Part shown: positions 1 through 8,685 of the stretch, piece after piece
Numbering within the stretch: position 1 is the stretch's first letter
How the letters are laid out: each line of letters opens with the position of its first letter
IMG/VR virus record: IMGVR_UViG_3300018424_007835
Span: 45,718-109,717 of that record
Direction: 5' to 3' (one strand)
DNA: 64,000 bases
Origin: a virus
Program-made: the position numbers and the translations under genes
The notes under the pieces: model-generated
The model's input: only the letters and a program-made list of their open reading frames with translations
Told to the model about the DNA's origin: nothing
Database searches by the model: none

Positions 1-1
1 G

Positions 2-598
2 TACGCTAAGCGTGGATGGGCGCTTCCTGATGGGTCGTTTCCGATTAGGGATGTGGGGGATTTGCGAAACGCAATTCAGGCTTACGGGTTAGGTAAGAAT
101 CGGGCTGCAGCTAAGCGTCATATTATGAAGCGGGCGAGGGCGTTGGGGCGGACCGATTTGATTCCTGATAATTGGAAGCAGAGAGAGAAAGCTGCCCGTC
201 GAGGCGGTGATCCTAAAACTCCAGCTAAGCCGTCTGAGCGTATATCGGGGTCTAGTAGAAATAAGCCAGGGTCAGCGTCCGGGAAACGAAACAATATTGA
301 GTTATCTGCGGCGGTGAAGAACTCCTTAAAAGATAAGGTTAAGACACACAATGAGAAAATGCGGAGTAGCGATAAGCCCGACCGGACTGTTACGCTGGGG
401 CGTTTAACGGCTGTTTGGCGTAGGGGTGCTGGCGCTTTTTCGCAAACGCACCGCCCGAACATGTCTAGGCAACAGTGGGCGATGGGCAGGGTGAATGCTT
501 TTCTAAAATTGGTGTCTAGTGGAAAACCTTCAAACCCGAAGTACACGACCGATAACGATTTGTTGCCCGAGAAGCATCCACGTTATTCTAAGGGTTGA
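2..598 (+). CDS. 5'-truncated head-associated protein (DUF6582-like and DUF5824-like motifs) upstream of the capsid gene
   Basis: Frame is open from base 2 (YAKRGWALPDGSFPIRDVGDLRNAIQAYG), so the ORF-track start at 53 is internal. PDGSFPI..LRNAI and VWRRGAGAF..WAMGRVNAF motifs recalled from phage head-region proteins. Confidence 0.6.
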   Translation, partial: YAKRGWALPDGSFPIRDVGDLRNAIQAYGLGKNRAAAKRHIMKRARALGRTDLIPDNWKQREKAARRGGDPKTPAKPSERISGSSRNKPGSASGKRNNIELSAAVKNSLKDKVKTHNEKMRSSDKPDRTVTLGRLTAVWRRGAGAFSQTHRPNMSRQQWAMGRVNAFLKLVSSGKPSNPKYTTDNDLLPEKHPRYSKG

Positions 599-666
599 GC
601 GGTTTTGCTAGTAGTGTGATATACGTTATTTTTGGTTTTTGCGGCGCTGTAAGAGATTATTGTTAA

Positions 667-711
667 AGTTCCCGTGGTTGCCTTTACTTTGGTGCTAGCA
701 TAATAGTTGAC
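667..711 (+). promoter_or_regulatory. Putative late promoter of the capsid gene (AGTTCC-N23-TAGCATAATAGTTGAC)
   Basis: Same architecture and spacing recur upstream of the tail sheath gene (16839-16883). Confidence 0.6.
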
Positions 712-779
712 TGGTGTCACTGCTTTTTGGGTCGCCTGTCATTAAACAGTAAACATGTTAAACTCAAACCTTAGGAGGA

Positions 780-2183
780 ATGAACATGAGTTTTGATGAG
801 AGTCGTCTCAATGAGCTGAAGGGTGCTTTGTCTGAGAAGATGGCAGAGCAGCGTCAGATTGCTGATTCGATGCAGATTGAGGGGACTACCCTTATTGCTG
901 ACGCAGAGAAGAAGGCTGCGTTCCAGAAGAATATGGTTGACATCAAGGAAATTAAGGGTCTCATTGAGGGTCTTGGTGAGCTTGAGGAAGTTCAGAAGTG
1001 GGCTTCGGAGCCGAATCAGAAGAGCGTGGCTGCTGCGGCAGATGCGGCTGCTGATCGTCGTCCGCAGGCTTCGACTGTGGGTGGTGCCTTTTTGGATTCG
1101 CCTGAGTTCAAGGATTTGCAGGGTGGCCGAAATGGTTACACCATGCGCTCGCCTTTTGAGGTGAAGAGCCTTCTTACCAAGGATATTCATCAAGGTACTC
1201 CTGGTGGGACCGGTTTTGCAGCCCCTGATATGTTTGGTGGAGTTGAGCGTGACGGTATTGTGCAGCTTCCGCAGCGTAGCCGCCGGGTTCGGGATCTTTT
1301 CCCTGCCCGCACGACTAATGCTGCGGTTGTTGAGTACTTCCGTCAGACCGGCTATGTGCTTAGCACCTACGGTACCGGTCGTGCAGTCACTCCTGGTACG
1401 CCGGGTGGTGACGGATGGCGTGCCGGGTTTGCGTCTGCGGCTTCGGCTTACATGGTACCTGAGCGTGATGGGAGTGAGTTTGGCATGAAGCCACAGTCAA
1501 GCCTTTCCTTTGTTGGCCGTCAGGCTCCGGTGCGCACTATTGCTCACTGGGAAGCTGCTCACCGTAATGTGTTGTCGGATGAGCCTCAGCTTCGTGGGAT
1601 CATTGACAATGAGCTTCTGTACGGCCTTCGCCTTATGGAGGATCAGCAGATCCTTAATGGCGACGGCAGCGGCGACCAGCTTGACGGTATCCTCAACGAC
1701 AGCGACATTCAGGCTTATACCCACCCGAACTTCTCACCGGGCTACGCTTCGGCCGCTTCAGCGAACGAGTCCACTGACACGAAGGCTGACGCAATTCGTC
1801 GTGCGCTTACTCTCGCCTACCTGGCGAACTACGAGCCCACTGGCGTGATTGTCAACCCGATTGACTGGGAAGACATTGAGCTGACGAAGAACAGCCAGGG
1901 CACCTACCTCCTTGCGATGTCGGTTGCTGGTGGCGCTGAGTCACGGGTGTGGCGGGTTCCCGTCATCGACACCCCTGCGATTGCTCAGGGCACGGCGCTG
2001 GTTGGTGCCTTCGGTACCGGCGCTCAGCTGTACGACCGTGAGGCGGCTTCGATCCGTATTTCGGAGAACTACGATGACTTCTTCACTCGGAACGCTATTG
2101 TTGTTCTGGCTGAAGAGCGCCTTGCCCTTGCGGTGAAGCGCCCCGAGTCGTTCGTTGCAATTACCTTAGGTGAACAACCATAA
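780..2183 (+). CDS. Major capsid protein, HK97 fold, with N-terminal coiled-coil delta domain
   Basis: RRVRDLFP, VPE...KPQS, VRTIAHW, EDQQILNGDG, DFFTRNAIVVLAEERLALAVKRPESF; AGGAGG RBS. Confidence 0.96.
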   Translation: MNMSFDESRLNELKGALSEKMAEQRQIADSMQIEGTTLIADAEKKAAFQKNMVDIKEIKGLIEGLGELEEVQKWASEPNQKSVAAAADAAADRRPQASTVGGAFLDSPEFKDLQGGRNGYTMRSPFEVKSLLTKDIHQGTPGGTGFAAPDMFGGVERDGIVQLPQRSRRVRDLFPARTTNAAVVEYFRQTGYVLSTYGTGRAVTPGTPGGDGWRAGFASAASAYMVPERDGSEFGMKPQSSLSFVGRQAPVRTIAHWEAAHRNVLSDEPQLRGIIDNELLYGLRLMEDQQILNGDGSGDQLDGILNDSDIQAYTHPNFSPGYASAASANESTDTKADAIRRALTLAYLANYEPTGVIVNPIDWEDIELTKNSQGTYLLAMSVAGGAESRVWRVPVIDTPAIAQGTALVGAFGTGAQLYDREAASIRISENYDDFFTRNAIVVLAEERLALAVKRPESFVAITLGEQP

Positions 2184-2208
2184 TCGTAGTTTAACGGCTT
2201 AGAGTTTT

Positions 2209-2240
2209 GCCCCCGGGTTTCGGCCCGGGGGCTTTCTCTA
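2209..2240 (+). terminator. Rho-independent terminator after the capsid gene
   Basis: GCCCCCGGG-tttcgg-CCCGGGGGC followed by TTTCTCT. Confidence 0.88.
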
Positions 2241-2256
2241 TTAGTCGTGGCTTTGC

Positions 2257-2270
2257 TATAATAGGGTATG
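2257..2270 (+). promoter_or_regulatory. -10 box directly ahead of a start codon (leaderless promoter) TATAATAGGGTATG
   Basis: Identical 14-mer at 6187-6200; no SD sequence. Confidence 0.65.
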
Positions 2271-3008
2271 CCAATATTTAATTTTGACGATGAAGATTCT
2301 GATGTTCCGATCCCTACGTGGACGCCCGATCAGATACAGAGCTTAGAGTCAATTAATCCTTTCTATGTACCTGGCATCGTTAACCTGTTAAAGTTTTTAG
2401 TTCACGAAAAAGGAACTTTGCTGGACAGCGTGCTTGATTTAACTTTTGTTTTACATTCTGTTGCCAACATGGATAATAGCGACTACACACTTAGCAGGAC
2501 AGACGGTCTTGTTGCTATTGCGAGTGAGTTTTGTTTGATTGACTGTCTGTATGACGGATCGGTTTTAGCAGGAATTGAGATGTTAGATAACGCTGTACTG
2601 TTTTTGGCTTTGAACGATCAAGCAAATTTTGCTTTGGAAGCGGCAGTTTGCTTAAAAGACAAAAACTCCTCAATCATGCAAACATCGGCTGTGCTACCGT
2701 CACTTTCGCTGTTTGGGCATTGGGAAGAATTTGCGTCAACGGTACTCGCTTGCCTATTGACAAATGCTTCCACATCTAGTAAAATGTCTACACTGTTTAA
2801 AGTGATCAAACATCTAGACATTGGAGTGAACTCAGAAATAGAGTTTGTTGACCACATAAGAAAGCTGTGTGCGGTTAATCTGCTGTCCTTAAACATATCC
2901 GAAAGTAGTGATGCTGTAGTAAGCATTAATCACCAACCCGCAGGGCTGTTTCTTCTATTTTCGAACCAAGAAAAACTGGCTAGACGTTTAGCGGAGTTGT
3001 CCATCTGA
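2268..3008 (+). CDS. Hypothetical protein (246 aa)
   Basis: Long ORF with its own promoter; no recognisable motif. Confidence 0.7.
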   Translation: MPIFNFDDEDSDVPIPTWTPDQIQSLESINPFYVPGIVNLLKFLVHEKGTLLDSVLDLTFVLHSVANMDNSDYTLSRTDGLVAIASEFCLIDCLYDGSVLAGIEMLDNAVLFLALNDQANFALEAAVCLKDKNSSIMQTSAVLPSLSLFGHWEEFASTVLACLLTNASTSSKMSTLFKVIKHLDIGVNSEIEFVDHIRKLCAVNLLSLNISESSDAVVSINHQPAGLFLLFSNQEKLARRLAELSI

Positions 3009-3124
3009 TAACTTTTTTGGACAACTGGTCTTTTCACAATAACTTGACTACTTACCGTTAGCACTGCCCGTTAGAATACAAGAACCATCATTTTTACGAA
3101 GACATATATTTAGGAGGATTCGCC

Positions 3125-5992
3125 GTGTCTTTTCTCATCTCAGACGATCATGCCAACTCTTACGCCGACAAGATGCCACCTTGGGGATTCAACGGTTTAG
3201 GGTACGTTACTTATAAACGGACGTATGCACGCCCGATTTTTTTGAATAACTCCGATGTTATTGAACGGACAGAGGAGTGGCATGAGACTGTGCAGCGGGT
3301 CGTTAACGGGGCCCAAGACATTGGCGCACAACTGTCTGAGGATGAGGCTATTCGTCTTTATGATTATCTTTTCAATTTGAAGGGCAGCGTTGCTGGACGT
3401 ATGCTGTGGCAGCTGGGCACTCCGAACAACAAGCGTTTGGGTGGGGATAGTTTGGTGAATTGCCTTGGGGGTGAAACTGAGGTTGTTACTCGGGAGGGCA
3501 TTAAGCGAATTGATGACCTAGCTGCTATTGGTTATGCTACGGTTATGACTGATTATGGTAAGTGGGTTAATGCTGATATCCGAAGCTTCGGTGAGCAGCG
3601 GCTTGCTGAAATCGTGCTTCGTCGTGGGAAGCAGGTAAAAACTGTTCGTGCTACCGCTGAGCATCGGTGGATTGTTCGTGGTAAGAACGGTCGGGAAGAG
3701 TTCTTTACTGAGTCTTTGCGACCGGGAATGAAGCTTGTTAGCATAAAAGGGCAAGGCACACATACTGCTGATATGAGCAACGATGGTGTTCGTGCTGGTC
3801 TAGTTTACGGTGACGGTACGGTTTATAACACGGGCGCTCGTGCGTTTGTTGCTAATGCTGATCTTGCAGAGCTTGAACATTTTTTCCTTGATTACAAGTC
3901 AAGTGAAAGTGAGCACGGTGCGACTTTCTACGGCCTTCCACGGTCTTATAAAGCTTCCCCTGATTACAATGAGTTCCGTGGTTATTTGTACGGTTGGCTC
4001 GCAGGGTATTTTGCTGCTGACGGGTATGCTCGTGATGGGAAGGGCGCTCAGTTGAATAGCACCAATATTAACTCGTTGCGTGCCGCCAAGGACGTTGCGA
4101 CTATTATTGGTGTTGCTACTGGCCCTATTTACGAACAAAATCGTATCAGCAATCTTACCGGCAAGGAGAGCACCATTTATACTTTGCCGCTCCATATTGA
4201 AGATCCAGAGTTTTTCCTTTTGTCGAAGCATCGTGGAGATTTTGTGGGGCGTGCCAGCGTTGCTGATTGGAAGGTTGAGTCCGTTGGGGAGTATGGTGCT
4301 CCTGAGCCTGTTTTCTGTGCGGTTGTCCCTGAGACACACACGTTCGCTTTGTCCGATAATCTACTAACCGGGAATTGCTGGTTTGTGGATGTGCAGAAGC
4401 CTACCGACTTTTCGTGGGCAGTTGAAAGGCTCATGTTGGGCGGTGGGGTTGGTTTCTCGTGTGATAAACCTGAGCGTCTTGGTGTGGTGCGGTCTGCGTG
4501 GGTGGATCGTGTAGATGCTGATGATTCTGATTTCATTGTGCCTGATACCCGTGAGGGGTGGGGTGAAGTCATTCGTAAGGTGTTTGAGTGCTACTTGGGT
4601 GATGATGACAATCCACGTAAGATGACTTATGCTACTCATTTGATCCGCCCTGCTGGTGTTCCTATTAAGACTTTTGGTGGCACTGCTTCTGGTCCCGATA
4701 TTCTTATTTCTGGTATTGAGAAGATTTGCAAGGTACTTGATGGGGCTATCGGCCGTACGATGACTTCTGTTGAGGTTCTTGACTGTATGAATATTATTGG
4801 GTCAATTGTTGTCGCTGGTAATGTTCGTCGTTCGGCGGAGATTGCTGTTGGTAGTCTGGATGATGAAGAGTATCTGATGGCGAAGCGGTGGGACCTTGGC
4901 AATATTCCAATTGAGCGGGCGATGTCGAATAATACTGTTTTTGTCAATGAGTATCAGATGCAGAATATGCCTCAGCTTGTTTGGGAAGGCTATGAGGGAA
5001 ACGGGGAGCCTTACGGGTTTTTCAATCTTGAGGCTTCACGTAAGTTTGGGCGCATGGGTGAGGTTCGTCCCGATTACAGTATTGTGGGTGTGAATCCTTG
5101 TGCGGAGATTCCGTTGGCTAACCGTGAGTCTTGTAATCTGTCGGAGATTTTTTTGCCGATGATTGATTCTCGGGAGGAACTGGTTGACCTTACGCTGCTG
5201 CTTTATAAGGTTCAGAAGGCAACAGCAGCTTTGTCGTATCTTGATCCTGCGTCGGATAAGATCACTTCTAAGAACATGCGGCTGGGTCTCGGGGTTACCG
5301 GGGTTGCTCAGGCGTTGGATAAGGTTGAGTGGCTGGATCAGGCGTATGTGAAGTTGCGTGAGTTTGATATTGATTGGTCGGCTGAGCGAGGTTGGCCTGA
5401 GTCTATTCGCCTTACCACGATTAAGCCGTCTGGTACGCTCAGCTTGCTGCCTGGTGTGACTCCTGGGGTGCATCCTGGTTTCTCTCAGTATTTTGTGAAG
5501 CGGATGCGTATGGCTGCCACGGATGTGCTTGTTAACTATTGCCGCAGTAAAGGTTTCCACGTTGAGCCTTTGCGTAACTTTGATGGTTCTGAGGATGACC
5601 GTACCGTGGTGGTGGAGTTCCCTTGTGCGTTCCCTGAGGGTACTGTGCTTGCTGAGAATATGTCGGCGGTAGAGCAGATGGATTTGGTGCGTAAGCTGCA
5701 AAGGTTGTGGGCTGATAACTCGATTTCGGTAACCGTGTACTACCGTAAGGAAGAGCTTGAGGAGATTAAGGCGTATCTTGCGGAGTACTGGTCTGAGATG
5801 AAGTCGGTTTCGTTCCTTTTGCACAGCGAGCATGGTTTTGATCAGGCTCCGATGGGCGAGCTTACGCTTGAGGAGTATGTGGCCATGTTGGCGGCTACGA
5901 CTCCTCTGGGGGAGAAGTTGTCAGGGTCAACGATGATGTCGGACGATGACCTAGACGACTCTTGTGCTACAGGGGCGTGTCCCGTTAGATGA
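3125..5992 (+). CDS. nrdJ: Class II (adenosylcobalamin-dependent) ribonucleotide reductase, intein-containing
   Basis: YKRTYAR, GRMLWQLG, LMLGGGVGF, VAGNVRRSA, GVNPCAEI, TTIKPSGTLS and C-terminal CATGACPVR. Confidence 0.95.
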   Translation: MSFLISDDHANSYADKMPPWGFNGLGYVTYKRTYARPIFLNNSDVIERTEEWHETVQRVVNGAQDIGAQLSEDEAIRLYDYLFNLKGSVAGRMLWQLGTPNNKRLGGDSLVNCLGGETEVVTREGIKRIDDLAAIGYATVMTDYGKWVNADIRSFGEQRLAEIVLRRGKQVKTVRATAEHRWIVRGKNGREEFFTESLRPGMKLVSIKGQGTHTADMSNDGVRAGLVYGDGTVYNTGARAFVANADLAELEHFFLDYKSSESEHGATFYGLPRSYKASPDYNEFRGYLYGWLAGYFAADGYARDGKGAQLNSTNINSLRAAKDVATIIGVATGPIYEQNRISNLTGKESTIYTLPLHIEDPEFFLLSKHRGDFVGRASVADWKVESVGEYGAPEPVFCAVVPETHTFALSDNLLTGNCWFVDVQKPTDFSWAVERLMLGGGVGFSCDKPERLGVVRSAWVDRVDADDSDFIVPDTREGWGEVIRKVFECYLGDDDNPRKMTYATHLIRPAGVPIKTFGGTASGPDILISGIEKICKVLDGAIGRTMTSVEVLDCMNIIGSIVVAGNVRRSAEIAVGSLDDEEYLMAKRWDLGNIPIERAMSNNTVFVNEYQMQNMPQLVWEGYEGNGEPYGFFNLEASRKFGRMGEVRPDYSIVGVNPCAEIPLANRESCNLSEIFLPMIDSREELVDLTLLLYKVQKATAALSYLDPASDKITSKNMRLGLGVTGVAQALDKVEWLDQAYVKLREFDIDWSAERGWPESIRLTTIKPSGTLSLLPGVTPGVHPGFSQYFVKRMRMAATDVLVNYCRSKGFHVEPLRNFDGSEDDRTVVVEFPCAFPEGTVLAENMSAVEQMDLVRKLQRLWADNSISVTVYYRKEELEEIKAYLAEYWSEMKSVSFLLHSEHGFDQAPMGELTLEEYVAMLAATTPLGEKLSGSTMMSDDDLDDSCATGACPVR
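3461..4375 (+). mobile_element. Intein (305 aa) with LAGLIDADG homing endonuclease inside nrdJ
   Basis: SLVN|CLGGETEV start, block B ATAEHRW, LAGLIDADG helices AGLVYGDG and AGYFAADG, end HTFALSDNLLTGN|C. Confidence 0.93.
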
Positions 5993-6060
5993 CCTAAAGC
6001 TGTTGTATTATAGCCTTAAAAGTTGCGGCGGGTTGCACCTTGACGGTATAGAGTATTTTT

Positions 6061-6146
6061 GTACCGGCAAGGTGACTAACCCCCTAAGGAGGATGATTGT
6101 GGATATCGGTTAAGGTGCCGGTAACCGATAAGGCGATCAAGTATCT
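6061..6146 (+). ncRNA. Candidate structured small RNA or micro-ORF transcript
   Basis: Upstream TAGAGT -10-like box; 9-bp hairpin 6104-6130 whose loop is complementary to 6064-6069; followed by a terminator. Confidence 0.35.
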
Positions 6147-6184
6147 GAGCGGGGTTCGGTCTCTTGCACCGGGCCCCGCTTCTT
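6147..6184 (+). terminator. Terminator hairpin
   Basis: GAGCGGGGTTCGGT-ctcttgc-ACCGGGCCCCGCTT then CTT. Confidence 0.7.
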
Positions 6185-6197
6185 CCTATAATAGGGT

Positions 6198-6563
6198 ATG
6201 AACTCTATGCGGGATTTCCATAAGGCTAAGCTGCATGTGGATTTGCAGTATTTGGCGGATATGATTGAAACTGTAGGGCTTTCAGAGACAGCTCCCATTG
6301 CAGATGATGGGGCTGTCTCTTTGTCGTATGGGCTTGCTTTAATCTGTGGTGCTAGGGCTAAGCCGTTCGTAGATGCCTTTCCCTACTGGTTGGAAGAGGT
6401 CCCTGCCGGGTATCGCTCACGGTTCTGCGCTTGCTGGGATGCTTTAGAGTTTGAGTTTGGTGAAGACATTGTGGTGTGGTCTGATAATGCGGGAACGTCG
6501 GAGACTGTGAGGCGTATACGCAGTTTGGCGAAAGAGATTGAACATTTCAAATTGTCCTCTTGA
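6198..6563 (+). CDS. Hypothetical protein, leaderless
   Basis: ORF starts 5 nt after TATAAT. Confidence 0.7.
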   Translation: MNSMRDFHKAKLHVDLQYLADMIETVGLSETAPIADDGAVSLSYGLALICGARAKPFVDAFPYWLEEVPAGYRSRFCACWDALEFEFGEDIVVWSDNAGTSETVRRIRSLAKEIEHFKLSS

Positions 6564-6588
6564 CATCTTACCGCATATCGACTAAGAT
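6560..6588 (+). promoter_or_regulatory. Sigma-A-type promoter TTGACA-17-TAAGAT, leaderless to ATG 6595
   Basis: Consensus -35, 17-nt spacer, ATG 6 nt after the -10 box. Confidence 0.75.
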
Positions 6589-6594
6589 ACGTGT

Positions 6595-6981
6595 ATGAAC
6601 CACACCGCACGTTGGAATCAGTATTATACAGCTTTGCTGCAGTACAAGAGCAGGTATGGTGATGCTAAAGTCCCAAGTGGGCACGTTGAATTTTTGGATT
6701 CTGGTGTTCCTTTGAATTTGGGCAATTGGGTTAGCTACATGCGGACACGATACAAGCAGGGTTTGTTGTCGGCTGAGCGTGTTGCTTTGCTGGAAAATAT
6801 TTCATCTTGGAGTTGGGGGCCTGTGCGTCCTGGCCCGAAGTCAAAGGAAGTGGTGATTCAGCGGAATAGCGACATTGTGTGGTTGCGAGAGCATGAGGGT
6901 ATGGCGTTGGAACAAATTGCCAAACGGTACAATCTATCTCGTCAACGTGTGTACCAAATAGTAAAGGAGAATAAGTTATGA
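6595..6981 (+). CDS. Helicase-associated (HA) domain fused to a sigma-70 region-4-like HTH
   Basis: RWNQYYTALLQYK..VP...LGNWVSYMR...LSAERVALLE..WSW, then GMALEQIAKRYNLSRQRVYQI. Confidence 0.8.
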   Translation: MNHTARWNQYYTALLQYKSRYGDAKVPSGHVEFLDSGVPLNLGNWVSYMRTRYKQGLLSAERVALLENISSWSWGPVRPGPKSKEVVIQRNSDIVWLREHEGMALEQIAKRYNLSRQRVYQIVKENKL

Positions 6982-7286
6982 GTAGTGTTAATCCCGCCGC
7001 TGAAGCAGAATGGGAAAAAGTATTGAATAAGCTTTCGCAGGAAAACAAGCAAGGAAACTTGATTGTCACAACAGCTTCTGCGATTTTTGCGATCTCGCTT
7101 GTGTCTGGCATATTGGCGTTTGCCGCTATGCTGGTGAATGCGGCGGTTCTTAGGGCGTGGCCGACGATTACCGTAGCCAGTCCGGGTATTGGTTACAGCG
7201 ACGCTTTTATTATTTCGTCGGCAACTCTGGTTGCTTCGATGATGTTTTCAGCGACGTTGAGCGCTGTGAAGCGAGGGTCGCTGTGA
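6978..7286 (+). CDS. Small membrane protein (2 TM)
   Basis: Two hydrophobic segments; AAGGAG RBS; ATGA-type coupling region. Confidence 0.7.
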   Translation: MSSVNPAAEAEWEKVLNKLSQENKQGNLIVTTASAIFAISLVSGILAFAAMLVNAAVLRAWPTITVASPGIGYSDAFIISSATLVASMMFSATLSAVKRGSL

Positions 7287-7792
7287 GTAGTACGACGACT
7301 GCTTCTGTGGACAGCCGTGTAGGAACCTGGGATGCTGCTGCACTGACGCATATTAATTATGTTTGGTATGGTCATCGCCCCGGGTTTCTCGCAAAGCCTC
7401 TCCTTGTGGATATTCGCATGCATGAGGACTATCTTATTGACACCTATTTCACTTTGGGGAAGGAGTTGACAGACAGCACTGAGTGGATTAGGTTGGCGCA
7501 GCTTGCATTGGAGTGTCGACCCGAACTTGATTCTGATTTTGTTTGGCGAACTTTGTGCAGTAAGCAGAATGATTATGGGCCCGATAACATTGCCCGTTTT
7601 TCCCATAAGGGCCTCATTTTGAGGCTCCACGATAAGGTTGCTCGTTTAGAAAATCTGGTAGCTAATAATCGTGCGGCTACGAATGAGCCGGTGGAGGACA
7701 CGTATATGGACATTATTGGCTATTCGATTATTGGTTTGATGTTGTTAGATGGGAGTTTCTTTTTGCCTATGGGATACTCCTGGCAGGAGTAA
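7283..7792 (+). CDS. Nucleotide-modification-associated domain 1 (DUF1599-like, MazG-related) protein
   Basis: KQNDYG..N, RLHDKVARLENL, EDTYMDIIGYSIIG; likely GTG start overlapping the upstream TGA. Confidence 0.8.
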   Translation: MSSTTTASVDSRVGTWDAAALTHINYVWYGHRPGFLAKPLLVDIRMHEDYLIDTYFTLGKELTDSTEWIRLAQLALECRPELDSDFVWRTLCSKQNDYGPDNIARFSHKGLILRLHDKVARLENLVANNRAATNEPVEDTYMDIIGYSIIGLMLLDGSFFLPMGYSWQE

Positions 7793-7852
7793 ACGAAAGC
7801 TCGCCTCCTAATGCGGTAATATATTGTAGAAGATAGGTTTAAGGAGGCAAGT

Positions 7853-8002
7853 ATGCCAGAGCCAATTGATATTGATGATACAGAGATAGATGTTTCCGAT
7901 TTGCCGTCTAGACCTCGCCGCCCTCGCCGTCGTCGCCGTGGAGGTGGCCGAGAGGCCCTTGCTCGTGCCATCAACAGCATCCGCCGACGCCGTCAACGGT
8001 AA
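7853..8002 (+). CDS. 49-aa acidic/arginine-rich peptide, not in ORF track
   Basis: AAGGAGG RBS; MPEPIDIDDTEIDVSDLPSRPRRPRRRRRGGGREALARAINSIRRRRQR. Confidence 0.7.
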   Translation: MPEPIDIDDTEIDVSDLPSRPRRPRRRRRGGGREALARAINSIRRRRQR

Positions 8003-8036
8003 TTTTAGTTTGTCTTAGCAAGATTGGTAGTTAGGT

Positions 8037-8684
8037 ATGGCGTTAATTACGGTAAGTGACATTGTTACATACATGGACATTTCGTTCACTAACACTCAAG
8101 AAGATGCAGCCGAAATTGTGATTGAAGGGCTGCAGGCTGAACTTGAGGCATACCTTCGACGCCCTATTGAGCAACAGTCGTTTACTGAGACGTATAGAAT
8201 TCCTGATCAGAGCCGAGGTGTTCCTAGTAACCAGTATCACTTTAACTATTCCACGGTTCCTGAGATTGACTCCCCGATGTCTTCTGGCGTCTACCGGTAT
8301 CCTAGATTTTATACTCTGTATCTAAACAGTAGCCCGGTTATTTCGGTGTCGTCGGTTAGTCGCACAGCGTCTTCTCCTACGGCGTCTGCTGTGGCGTTGG
8401 TTGCAGAGACTGATTATATTGTTAGGGACTTTGGTATTGATTTGTATGATGTGTTTTCAAATGACCGTATAACGGTCACGTATACGGCTGGGCTGGATGG
8501 GGCGAACATTAAGGTGTTTAAGTTGTTAATGTTGCGTGCGGCTACCCGGGAAATGCAGAACATGCATGATGACGTGGTTGGCTTGAAGGACTTAACAACC
8601 CGTAATGTTGCGCCGATGGAGACAGGTTTTACTGAGCGGGAGCTTATGAGCATAAAGAAGTACCGCCGAGTGAGGGTGTCGTAG
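8037..8684 (+). CDS. Head-tail adaptor/connector protein
   Basis: MALITVSDI..YM, ELEAYLRRPI, PVISVSSV, ITVTYTAG, terminal KKYRR; position after the head genes. Confidence 0.8.
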   Translation: MALITVSDIVTYMDISFTNTQEDAAEIVIEGLQAELEAYLRRPIEQQSFTETYRIPDQSRGVPSNQYHFNYSTVPEIDSPMSSGVYRYPRFYTLYLNSSPVISVSSVSRTASSPTASAVALVAETDYIVRDFGIDLYDVFSNDRITVTYTAGLDGANIKVFKLLMLRAATREMQNMHDDVVGLKDLTTRNVAPMETGFTERELMSIKKYRRVRVS

Positions 8685-8685
8685 T

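Noticed and set aside
3009-3124. Cobalamin riboswitch upstream of nrdJ
   Set aside because: Spacer is only about 115 nt, mostly promoter, and lacks a recognisable B12 box.
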